Below are positions 42,457 through 51,155 of a DNA stretch of 64,000 nt, piece after piece. This stretch comes from Candidatus Parcubacteria bacterium (GTDB taxonomy: Bacteria; Patescibacteriota; Patescibacteriia; UBA1558; GWA2-36-10), in contig JABHSK010000005.1 in assembly GCA_018669975.1 (NCBI GenBank), positions 57,123 through 121,122 of the forward strand, given 5' to 3'. The notes below the pieces were generated by a model. The model saw nothing but the letters and a program-made list of their open reading frames with translations, ran no database searches and had not been told where the DNA came from. A program made the position numbers and the translations under genes. Positions within the stretch are counted from its first letter, which is position 1. The number at the start of each line of letters is the position of its first letter.

Positions 42457-43017
42457 ATGAAGTGGTTTAAATTTTTTCTAATCAGCAGTTTATTTTTACC
42501 TATTACCTGTCAGGCAATAGGTGTTTCAGTGGAGCCAGCAGAGCTAGATATTTTATATCCTAGCCAGGAAAAATATAGTTTTACAGTAACTAACATATCA
42601 GCTGAGCCTATAGTAGTATCAACATATGTAGATGCTTTTCAGGACAATGTTTCTTTGCAACCAAATGAGATTAAATTATTACCTAAGGAAGTGACAGAGG
42701 TGGTAGTCAAGGCAGATTTTATTGGCACGCCAGCGGGTGTAAAAAATACTTACATTTCTATTATCAGTAAAGCCATAGATAAGCGTAGCTTTAATGCTGC
42801 TTCTGGTATTAAATTGCCATTGTCAGTTAATATAACTGAATCTACTTGGCGTTGGTCAGGTGAAGCAGTTTTTGTGGTAGTTTTTCTGAGTTTAATGGTT
42901 TTAATAATATTAGTTCAGTTGATATTTTTATCTTTTCAAGCTAAAAAGAAAAAACGTCATTGGCGAGGAACGAATTTCCTTTTACATAAGAAAAAATTTC
43001 GATTATTCAAACGATGA
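42457..43017 (+). CDS. Hypothetical Ig-like protein with C-terminal TM anchor
   Basis: Signal peptide, 'IGVSVEP' beta-sandwich start, C-terminal TM helix and basic tail. Confidence 0.65.
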   Translation: MKWFKFFLISSLFLPITCQAIGVSVEPAELDILYPSQEKYSFTVTNISAEPIVVSTYVDAFQDNVSLQPNEIKLLPKEVTEVVVKADFIGTPAGVKNTYISIISKAIDKRSFNAASGIKLPLSVNITESTWRWSGEAVFVVVFLSLMVLIILVQLIFLSFQAKKKKRHWRGTNFLLHKKKFRLFKR

Positions 43018-43096
43018 AGTCAAATTAAGTAGCAGTTAACGAATTGCTGCTTTTTTGGTATAATTCAAGTATTAATAATATAATTCTATACTTATT

Positions 43097-43450
43097 ATGG
43101 ATGAAGAATCAAAAAAACTATTACAAGAAAATAAGGAGGTTTTATTAGATTTAGAAAAAAGAGTCCAAAAAATTCAAAATAAGATGATGTGGAACACTAT
43201 TGGCAGTGTTTTAAAAATCGTTTTAATTATTGGGCCAATAATTTGGGGTGCAATTTATCTTTCCCCAATACTTAAAGAATACACAACAGCTTTTAAGCCG
43301 TTGATGGATGTTTTACATATTTCTAAAGATAGTGATTCAACAGGGACAGATTCCGCACCAGTGTTAAACTTAGAAGTTAGTCCAGAAAATCAGCAGATAT
43401 TTTGTAACCCTAGAACCAGGGAACTAATGGTTCAGCAAATTTGTAATTAG
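43097..43450 (+). CDS. Hypothetical membrane protein
   Basis: 117 aa; coiled coil plus one TM helix. Confidence 0.65.
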   Translation: MDEESKKLLQENKEVLLDLEKRVQKIQNKMMWNTIGSVLKIVLIIGPIIWGAIYLSPILKEYTTAFKPLMDVLHISKDSDSTGTDSAPVLNLEVSPENQQIFCNPRTRELMVQQICN

Positions 43451-43456
43451 ATATTT

Positions 43457-44539
43457 GTGGAAGAACTAGATAGTAAAATTAACGACTTAGCCTCTAAAAT
43501 TAACAAGGCCATCAAAAAGATGGACTTAGATAGCAAGGGGGTTAAGTTAGAACAGCTAAAAGAGCAGATGTCAGCTGCTGATTTTTGGAACAACCAAGAT
43601 AATGCTAGGGCTGTCAGTACGCAAGCCAGTAGACTGGAAGAGGATATCAAAGCTTGGCGTAGTTTGTCAGAACGCATAGCTGATTTACAAATTTTAATAA
43701 ATGATAAGCAGGCCCAGGATTTATTTGCAGAATTGGAAACGAACTTTGATGTTTTGTTTGAGGATTACAATCATTTATCTAAAGATCTTTTATTGCAAGG
43801 TAAGCATGATCAAAGTCCAGCTATCATTACTATCAATGCTGGCGCTGGAGGTGTTGACGCCCAAGATTGGGCGCAAATGTTGGAAAGAATGTTTTTGAGG
43901 TTTGCTGAACAACAAAATTGGTCAGTCAAAAATTTAGCTAGGTCAACTGGTTCGGAAGCAGGTATTAAGAGTTCAACTTTTCGTATTCAAGGAGAATATT
44001 CTTATGGTTATCTAAAGAATGAGGCTGGCGTGCATCGTTTGGTTAGATTGTCTCCCTTTGATGCTGATCATGCTCGTCATACTTCGTTTGCTATGATTGA
44101 GGTATTACCGGAGCTTAGTCAGATAGACACAAAGATTAAAGAAGAAGATTTAAAAGTAGACACTTTTCGTGCTTCAGGACACGGAGGTCAATCAGTTAAT
44201 ACTACTGACTCAGCTGTACGCATTACACATATCCCCACGGGTTTATCAGCTATTTGTCAAAATGAAAGATCCCAGCTGCAGAATAAACGTCAGGCTATGG
44301 TGTATTTACAGAGTAGACTTCAGAAATACCAAGAAGCAGAGCAGGAGGAAGAAAAAAAGGCACTCAAGGGAGAATATACTGAAGCGGCCTGGGGAAATCA
44401 GATTAGATCATACGTCATACATCCTTACAAAATGGTCAAAGATCATCGTACTAATTATGAATCTTCAGAGCCCGATAAAATTTTAGATGGGCAGTTGATG
44501 GATTTTATAGAGGCAAACTTAGAAGATAATATAAAGTAA
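43457..44539 (+). CDS. prfB: Peptide chain release factor 2 (no programmed frameshift)
   Basis: SPF anticodon-mimic, GGQ and WGNQIRSY; single continuous ORF. Confidence 0.96.
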   Translation: MEELDSKINDLASKINKAIKKMDLDSKGVKLEQLKEQMSAADFWNNQDNARAVSTQASRLEEDIKAWRSLSERIADLQILINDKQAQDLFAELETNFDVLFEDYNHLSKDLLLQGKHDQSPAIITINAGAGGVDAQDWAQMLERMFLRFAEQQNWSVKNLARSTGSEAGIKSSTFRIQGEYSYGYLKNEAGVHRLVRLSPFDADHARHTSFAMIEVLPELSQIDTKIKEEDLKVDTFRASGHGGQSVNTTDSAVRITHIPTGLSAICQNERSQLQNKRQAMVYLQSRLQKYQEAEQEEEKKALKGEYTEAAWGNQIRSYVIHPYKMVKDHRTNYESSEPDKILDGQLMDFIEANLEDNIK

Positions 44540-44544
44540 GATAT

Positions 44545-45027
44545 ATGAAAATAAAAAAAATGTTGGTATTAATAGTATTGTTTGTTTTTTTAAACCTTAG
44601 TCTTTTAGCGGTGCTTTCCTTTGTTCTTTCCAAATATATAAATATCAACAAGATATTTCCTGGTGAAACAATAGCTAGAGACTTAGGTTTTAATCCTAAA
44701 GTACCACCACTTGATCAGGTGAGTAGGTTTTTGGATGATGATTTGGAAAAAACATTGGTTAGTCAGGTGTGTGAGCAGGGAGGTTATAATATTGATGAAT
44801 TTGTTGATAGTAAATTATTTATAAATTCTTTTGGTATCAAAGAGGTTTATCAGGAAGGCAATGAGAATTCACCTAGACATCCTTTGAAATTTATTTGGTT
44901 AGAACCAGTTGATGGTGCAGTTATTCAGCCTTTTATGTGTGCTTATATTGGTATTGATTTTGATAGAGATGACGATCCATTGATCCCAGGTATTTTTTCT
45001 GTTAAAGATAAGCAGATAGTTAAATAA
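44545..45027 (+). CDS. Hypothetical membrane-anchored protein
   Basis: 160 aa with an N-terminal TM helix. Confidence 0.6.
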   Translation: MKIKKMLVLIVLFVFLNLSLLAVLSFVLSKYININKIFPGETIARDLGFNPKVPPLDQVSRFLDDDLEKTLVSQVCEQGGYNIDEFVDSKLFINSFGIKEVYQEGNENSPRHPLKFIWLEPVDGAVIQPFMCAYIGIDFDRDDDPLIPGIFSVKDKQIVK

Positions 45028-45063
45028 TTTTTATTAAGCATCTATTTATGGTATAATAATCCT

Positions 45064-46542
45064 ATGTTTGAACATTTGGGGTATATACCAGAGACAACTT
45101 TAAGAAAAAAAAGTAAATCCAAAGTTTACGTCAGTTTTTTAATGGCAGCTTTGGCAGTTTTTACTTTTTCTTTTAGTATTAATCGTGGACCATCTTTAGT
45201 GGCTCAAGAATATGTTAATCCAGCAGCTCAAATTGTAGCTGATGATGTTCAACGTAATTTAGCCGTTGATAATCCTAGGTTTCCAGTTTTTAGTTTTATC
45301 ATTAAGACTAATTTACCAGGTATAGAATTGAGCAATCTCAAAGTTAAGGTCAATGGTGTCTATGATGTCAACTTACTAAAAGATTTAAAGCTATACCATC
45401 AGGGCGTTCAGCTAGGTACTATTTCAGAAGTAGGAACAGGTGGTAGTTTGTATTTTGATATCGATGGATATCAGCTGCCAGCTGGTGATAATTTGTTTAG
45501 TTTTATACTATCTACTGGTCAGGCAACTAAAGTTGGTAATATTCTGGAATTTAATTTTCAAGATCAATCTAGTGTAATTTTATCTTATCAAGGTCACCCT
45601 TTCACACCCAACGGACAGTGGCCAATTGTTGGTAGTCTAACTTCAGTGGTAGAGCACGGTAGTATCGCAGCATATAACAATATCTACAATACAGAACTTT
45701 TAATAGTTGATAGCGTGCCTCGTTTGGTTGGGAATTTTAGCTTAGCTAATAAGGGTGAGATAGCAGACCTTTATTCTTTGACCGTTGGCTACCGGGAGCT
45801 CAGTGATAATAAACTTGATAATGAAAAATTTGTTTTACTTTATAATGAACAAACAGTTGCTAAAGGTAGCTTAGATGTTAAGGAAAACAAGATTGTCTTT
45901 AAGTTTGAGAAGTCATTTGTTATTAGCAATGCAAGTGACAGCAAATTTGAGTTGCATGCCTTGTCCCTACCAACAGGAGTTTTTGAATTTTATTTACAAG
46001 ATATTAGTGCGCTTGGTTTTGTTTCGGGAAAAAATTTATCCTTGGAAGACCAATTGCAACTTAGTTATGTAGATGTAGTAGATTATTATCCAGAGTTTAG
46101 TTTGGGAGAACTAGAGACCAAGCTTTCTGATGGTTGGAATGAGCTATATGATTTAAATATTCAAGCCAGAGGTAGTGATGATATTAAGTTGCACAAGCTT
46201 AGTTGGTCACTGGGTAGTATTGGTACTAGCATAGAAGAAGTAGAACTATGGATTAACAACCAACAGTACATGGCGGATTTGACTATATCAGGGGAAGACT
46301 TGATAGTGAAGACAGATTGGGAGGATCCTTTAGACGTGAGTAGATTGGGTACCAATTTGAAATTACTAGTTAAAGTATCTGAATCACAACCAGGGTCTAA
46401 GTTGAGCGTCTATTTGTTGACAGACGAAATAAAATTATCAGAGGTGCTAGACAGTAATATTTTATGGTCTTTAGGTGAACAATTTTATAGTGGTTATAAA
46501 TTGCCACAATTGCCGTTAGGGCCCAGTGTATTGAGTTATTAA
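45064..46542 (+). CDS. Hypothetical exported beta-rich repeat protein
   Basis: N-terminal TM/signal; three loosely repeated beta-sandwich-like units; followed by a strong terminator. Confidence 0.65.
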   Translation: MFEHLGYIPETTLRKKSKSKVYVSFLMAALAVFTFSFSINRGPSLVAQEYVNPAAQIVADDVQRNLAVDNPRFPVFSFIIKTNLPGIELSNLKVKVNGVYDVNLLKDLKLYHQGVQLGTISEVGTGGSLYFDIDGYQLPAGDNLFSFILSTGQATKVGNILEFNFQDQSSVILSYQGHPFTPNGQWPIVGSLTSVVEHGSIAAYNNIYNTELLIVDSVPRLVGNFSLANKGEIADLYSLTVGYRELSDNKLDNEKFVLLYNEQTVAKGSLDVKENKIVFKFEKSFVISNASDSKFELHALSLPTGVFEFYLQDISALGFVSGKNLSLEDQLQLSYVDVVDYYPEFSLGELETKLSDGWNELYDLNIQARGSDDIKLHKLSWSLGSIGTSIEEVELWINNQQYMADLTISGEDLIVKTDWEDPLDVSRLGTNLKLLVKVSESQPGSKLSVYLLTDEIKLSEVLDSNILWSLGEQFYSGYKLPQLPLGPSVLSY

Positions 46543-46557
46543 ATAATATTATTTTAG

Positions 46558-46591
46558 CGCGCCGTCTGTATAGACGGCGCGTTTTTGTTTT
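46558..46591 (+). terminator. Intrinsic terminator
   Basis: CGCGCCGTCT-gtat-AGACGGCGCG followed by a T-run. Confidence 0.85.
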
Positions 46592-46645
46592 GACAAAAAT
46601 ACTTATTTGATATTAAATATATACAAATTATATAAAGCGATTTCG

Positions 46646-47956
46646 ATGAGCAAAAGCAAAATCTTTTTGTTGGTTAGCCTTATTTTTTTGGCAGGAAATT
46701 TTATTTGGTTGCTGTATTGGGAGGATGCCGGTAACCATGATTTTTCCTATGGGCAATATTATTCTTTTACTGCTCAGATTAAAAATACCGACAAAAAGTT
46801 ACATGGTTGGAATATAGTAGTTGAGCCGCAGCAATTGGAAAAATACAAAGGTCGTATTTTAGTTTATGCTAATCTATATCCTGAATATTATTACGGAGAC
46901 ATTTTGGAGTTGTCTTGTAAAATATATCAACCCGAGCCCATTATTGATGAAGGAGGTAAGGATTTTGCCTATGATAAGTATTTGGCCAAAGATAATATTT
47001 TTGGTACTTGTTTTAGACCTAGAATAAAAGTTGTTGGTAAACATAAGGATATATTTTTTTACTTATCTCAAAGCAAAGCGTATTTCCTCAACAATTTAAA
47101 TAATCACCTGGTTGAGCCAGCCTCATCTTTGTCCAAGGCTATTATTTTGGCCTCTAGACGTGAGATACCCGATGATCTAAGGCAAAGCTTTGCTAGGGTG
47201 GGATTGAGCCATGTGGTGGCTATTTCAGGCTTACACATAGCCATTATTGTGTGGATACTCCAAGCTGTACTGGGTGGCTTTGGTTTATCTAGAAAAAAAG
47301 CTTTTTGGTTGCTGCTGATGGTTTTGATTTTATATTTATATTTACTTGGGTTTCCTAGTTCAGCTGTTAGAGCTAGCATGATGGTTGTTATGGTTTTATT
47401 GGGGCCCTTCCTAGGTCGTAGTACTACCTCTATTTATAGTCTATTGTTGGCAGCAGATATTTTTGTGATATTCAATCCTTATTTATTAATTTATGATATT
47501 GGTTTCCAACTGTCTTTTTTAGCTGTATTAGGTTTATTATTTTATATAAAATTTTTTAATAGGGTTTTAATTTTTATTCCTAAAAAATTTAAAATACGGG
47601 AGGTGATGTCAGTTACCCTGGCAGCTCAAGTTTTTACTTGGCCACTGATTATTTATCATTTTGGAATATTTTCTCTAATTGCCCCATTAGCTAATTTTAT
47701 TGTTTTACCATTGTTACCTTTTATTTTAGTTTTTAGTTTACTGTTAGCTATTGTTGGTTTTTGGCAGTGGTTGGCTAGTATAGTTGCCTGGCCACTTTTT
47801 ATATTATTAAAGATTATAGTTTTGGTGGCAGAGCACATGTCTAAAATACCCTGGGCTTATGTGATGATTGAAGATTTCCCACTTATTTTTTTACTAGGTA
47901 GTTTATTTTTTATGATGTTAATAACCTGGATATTAAAACCACAACAATATGAATAA
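46646..47956 (+). CDS. comEC: ComEC/Rec2 competence protein, membrane part (DUF4131 plus Competence domain)
   Basis: GLSHVVAISGLHI, SAVRASMM, DIGFQLSFLA and QVFTWP; start placed at ATG 46646 because a TTGACA promoter overlaps the upstream TTG. Confidence 0.92.
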   Translation: MSKSKIFLLVSLIFLAGNFIWLLYWEDAGNHDFSYGQYYSFTAQIKNTDKKLHGWNIVVEPQQLEKYKGRILVYANLYPEYYYGDILELSCKIYQPEPIIDEGGKDFAYDKYLAKDNIFGTCFRPRIKVVGKHKDIFFYLSQSKAYFLNNLNNHLVEPASSLSKAIILASRREIPDDLRQSFARVGLSHVVAISGLHIAIIVWILQAVLGGFGLSRKKAFWLLLMVLILYLYLLGFPSSAVRASMMVVMVLLGPFLGRSTTSIYSLLLAADIFVIFNPYLLIYDIGFQLSFLAVLGLLFYIKFFNRVLIFIPKKFKIREVMSVTLAAQVFTWPLIIYHFGIFSLIAPLANFIVLPLLPFILVFSLLLAIVGFWQWLASIVAWPLFILLKIIVLVAEHMSKIPWAYVMIEDFPLIFLLGSLFFMMLITWILKPQQYE

Positions 47957-48764
47957 ATTTATAATCTTGATTATTTTAGCCGTGCTAGTATTTCTAATGT
48001 TTTCTCTGAGTTCAAAAGAGGAGCAGCTGGAAGTGCATTTTTTAGATGTTGGGCAGGGTGATGCTATTTTGATTCGCACTCCACAGGGACAAAATATTTT
48101 GATAGATGCTGGTCCTGACAATCTTGTTTTATCGGAGTTAGCCAAAGTGTTGCCCTGGTGGGATAGAAAGATAGACTATGTCATCATCAGTCATTATCAT
48201 GCGGATCACTACATTGGTTTGGTGGATATACTAAATAAATATCAAGTTGGTCATATTTTAACTACTGCTCATCAGCCAGATGATTGGTTTTACGATTTTT
48301 ATCAGGGTGAATTATTTAGGCATCAACTTACAGAAACCATAGTCGAGGCAGGGGAGAAATTTATATTGGCGGATGATTTATATTGGCAGGTGTTGTTAGC
48401 AGATAGTCATCACGAAGATTTTAATGATAATTCACTGGTTACGCGATTTACCTATGGGCAAGTTGATTTTTTATTTATGGGGGATTTGCCAGCTTCCGGA
48501 GAAGAACATATTTTACAACAGAATCTTATTTTAGAGTCTGAGTTTTTGAAAATAGGTCATCACGGTAGTAAATATTCATCTAGTCAGGGATTTTTGCAGA
48601 CTGTAAATCCTAAAGTATGCATTATTCAGTCTGGTTTAGATAATAAATTTGGTCATCCACATGCTGAAGCCATTCAAAGGATGGGGCAAGTTGGTTGTCA
48701 GATTAGAGATACACAAAATCAAGGAACAATTAGTCTATTTAGTGATGGAAAAATTATATATTGA
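47949..48764 (+). CDS. ComEC-associated metallo-beta-lactamase-fold nuclease (split ComEC C-terminus)
   Basis: FLDVGQGDA, SHYHADHY.G, LKIGHHGS and N.FGHPH. Confidence 0.92.
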   Translation: MNKFIILIILAVLVFLMFSLSSKEEQLEVHFLDVGQGDAILIRTPQGQNILIDAGPDNLVLSELAKVLPWWDRKIDYVIISHYHADHYIGLVDILNKYQVGHILTTAHQPDDWFYDFYQGELFRHQLTETIVEAGEKFILADDLYWQVLLADSHHEDFNDNSLVTRFTYGQVDFLFMGDLPASGEEHILQQNLILESEFLKIGHHGSKYSSSQGFLQTVNPKVCIIQSGLDNKFGHPHAEAIQRMGQVGCQIRDTQNQGTISLFSDGKIIY

Positions 48765-48789
48765 CCACTAAAAATAAGGATGATATAAT
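48761..48789 (+). promoter_or_regulatory. Sigma70 promoter of the 0.85-kb non-coding/micro-ORF transcript
   Basis: TTGACC-17 nt-TATAAT with extended -10 TG. Confidence 0.75.
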
Positions 48790-48954
48790 TAAAAATGTAG
48801 TGTATTTGTACATTTCTTAAGTATATTTCATGCCCTCGGGCATGATCTGAAGGGCGACTCACAAATCTCAACGAAAGGAGTATTTTCCGTTCTCCGTCAT
48901 TTGTGTCAACCATTCTCACGTGGATTTGGGTCTTATGACCCTGGAGGCAACTCT

Positions 48955-49014
48955 ATGATTGTCATCACCACCACCTCGACCACCACCGGCCAGAACAGGA
49001 ATTCCGGCATCTGA
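48955..49014 (+). CDS. Micro-ORF MIVITTTSTTTGQNRNSGI (Thr-rich)
   Basis: GGAGG 7 nt before the ATG; six ACC codons. Confidence 0.35.
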   Translation: MIVITTTSTTTGQNRNSGI

Positions 49015-49258
49015 AGTCAAGTGTGACACATTGGGGTACTAAACCCAACCGATATCGTGGTTGGGATAGTCCTACCAATCTTTTTCAGAGGAGAACGTCT
49101 ATGGATGCGCTAGCTTAGCTTCCTAGATCCTGGAAGCATCGCCGTCATCGTACGTACTTCACTTGTCACTTCGACACCTCCAACATGCATCAACTGTGAT
49201 TTTCTCAGAGCAGATAGACAAGCAAGTCGATCTCTGATCGACAAGGAGGACAAATTTT

Positions 49259-49369
49259 ATGCTTGTCCAAAGCATGATCACGATCAACGCTATCAGCGAC
49301 TCCCAAAACGCGAACAACAATCACGCGCCGGAGCATTTGCTGCGCACCCAGGAAGACCAGAGCCCGTAG
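49259..49369 (+). CDS. Micro-ORF, 36 aa (MLVQSMITINAISDSQNANNNHAPEHLLRTQEDQSP)
   Basis: AAGGAGG SD at 49243-49249; the start codon lies inside the GGACAA...TTGTCC hairpin. Confidence 0.35.
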   Translation: MLVQSMITINAISDSQNANNNHAPEHLLRTQEDQSP

Positions 49370-49616
49370 GTCAAGAAGAATACCTACTCAGCGCTCGCGA
49401 TTCGCAAGATCGTTCCAAAGAGAAAGGATTCCCGACTGTGTTCTGCAGATGTAAAATGCATGAGCACGCTTTTGACTAGCTCAACTTTGATTTGACGCAA
49501 TACTCTAGTCTACCCTTCATCCGTTTAAACGGATTACACCGGACTTTCCAATTAGGAGACAGTGTTTCCCAGCTCGCCGTGGGAACTTCTCAAATTAACT
49601 CATTAAGAGTGTCCGG

Positions 49617-49655
49617 ACCGTCGTGTTAGCTTGCCTAGCGCGACGGTTTTTCTTT
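49617..49655 (+). terminator. Intrinsic terminator
   Basis: ACCGTCGTGTTAG-cttgc-CTAGCGCGACGGT followed by a T-rich tail. Confidence 0.8.
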
Positions 49656-49716
49656 CCTTGATTTTTGCTTTATTTTGACTTATAATAAAGGCATTAAATT
49701 ATTAAGTTGAAAGAAT

Positions 49717-50106
49717 ATGTCAGATAATAAAACTAAGATTTTATTGATTGAAGATGAAGAGATGTTGGCCAATATGTATGAGGTCAAATTTAAAAATGAA
49801 GGTTTTGATTTAGTTAAGGCTCTTGATGGAGAGCAGGGCCTAGAAATGGCTAAGACTGTCAGTCCAGACTTTATCCTGTTAGATATTATTATGCCAAAGA
49901 TGGATGGTTTTTCAGTTCTTAAAGCACTTAAAGAAGACGCTACTACTAAAGATGTGCCAGTCATGCTACTAACTAATCTAGGGCAGGATGAGGATATTGA
50001 AAGAGGTAAGTCACTGGGTTCAGTCGGGTATCTAGTAAAAGCTAATATCACCCCTTCTGAGGTAGTGGATGCTGTTAAAAAAGAAATTGCCAAATTAAAC
50101 AAATAA
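49717..50106 (+). CDS. Single-domain response regulator (CheY-like receiver)
   Basis: ILLIEDE, PDFILLDIIMPKMDG, MLLTN and YLVK. Confidence 0.93.
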   Translation: MSDNKTKILLIEDEEMLANMYEVKFKNEGFDLVKALDGEQGLEMAKTVSPDFILLDIIMPKMDGFSVLKALKEDATTKDVPVMLLTNLGQDEDIERGKSLGSVGYLVKANITPSEVVDAVKKEIAKLNK

Positions 50107-50181
50107 TATTTATAACATTATAAGATTCACCCCTGTTATAGTGGGGTGAATTTGACTAAAAATTAATTTTTAACTTGTAAT

Positions 50182-50760
50182 ATGGATTTCAAAAAAGAAA
50201 AGACTTATGTCATGATCAAGCCGGATGGCGTCAAGAAAGGATTGATTGGAGAAATCATTAGACGTTTTGAACAACGTGATCTTAAAGTGGTAGCTATAGA
50301 AATGTTTATGCCAACTACAAAAGATATAGACGATCATTATCCAAAGGATGAGGCCTGGATTGGGCGTTTAGGTGAAAAAACCTTAGGAACTTATGCAAAG
50401 TATGGTGTTGATGCTAATAAAGAATTGGGCACTGACAGCGCTCTAGAAATTGGCAAGATGGTTAGAGGTTGGTTGATAGATTATATGACTTCAGCTCCAT
50501 TGGTTCGCATGGTGGTAGAAGGTATTCACGCTGTAGATATGGTTAGGAAGATTTGTGGTGTTACGCTACCAAATTTAGCAGATATGGGAACTATCCGTGG
50601 TGATTATTCAGCTGACTCTCCAGCAGTAGCTAATTCTGAGAAGAGAGCAGTAATGAATTTAGTGCATGCTTCAGAAACTCCAGAGGAGGCCGAACATGAG
50701 ATTAAACACTGGTTTGGTGACCGAGATGTAATATTTGACTATAAAAGATTTGTTGATTAA
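50182..50760 (+). CDS. ndk: Nucleoside diphosphate kinase
   Basis: MIKPDGV, GTIRGDY and NLVHAS. Confidence 0.95.
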   Translation: MDFKKEKTYVMIKPDGVKKGLIGEIIRRFEQRDLKVVAIEMFMPTTKDIDDHYPKDEAWIGRLGEKTLGTYAKYGVDANKELGTDSALEIGKMVRGWLIDYMTSAPLVRMVVEGIHAVDMVRKICGVTLPNLADMGTIRGDYSADSPAVANSEKRAVMNLVHASETPEEAEHEIKHWFGDRDVIFDYKRFVD

Positions 50761-50763
50761 ATT

Positions 50764-50792
50764 AAAGGGGCTAGTATTAGCCCCTTTTTTTA
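50764..50792 (+). terminator. Intrinsic terminator after ndk
   Basis: AAAGGGGCTA-gtat-TAGCCCCTTT followed by a T-run. Confidence 0.85.
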
Positions 50793-50833
50793 ATGAATTT
50801 GGAAATATTTTTACAGAGTGCTATACTAATAGT

Positions 50834-50973
50834 GTAGCTCTTTTCTTTTGAATAATATAAAACTCTACAACAATATAGTAAAGGGAACTTTATATTGACT
50901 GGGGCTGTGGCCTTATGTTTGCGAGTACCCACCTGTTCTATCAGGGGTTTACTATCTTCAAAAGCAGAGCTAC
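50834..50973 (+). ncRNA. ssrS: Putative 6S RNA (short variant)
   Basis: Rod closed by GTAGCTC/GAGCTAC and CTTTTGAA/TTCAAAAG; A-rich 5' bubble, GGGA and GTACCCACCT...GGGGTT segments typical of 6S RNAs; extended -10 (TGCTATACT) just upstream. Confidence 0.5.
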
Positions 50974-51155
50974 GAGTCGTCAATTAGTAAAAGATAAACT
51001 ATGTACGAAGATGACTTGCAAAAAGGCGTTTTATCTGTATAATAACGATAGAAACGTCTTTTTGTTTTTCCCGTGAAACATGGGAATTGTATTTTTAGAT
51101 AAAATTCGTACCTTAAAACTAAGGATAAAAATTTCCAAAATCAAGGAGGCTTACT

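Larger units (their letters stand above)
48796..49655 (+). ncRNA. Candidate large structured RNA / polycistronic micro-ORF transcript (unknown family)
   Basis: Bounded by a promoter and a terminator; GC-enriched relative to flanks; many hairpins; no plus-strand ORF of 60 aa or more; several SD-led micro-ORFs. Confidence 0.55.
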
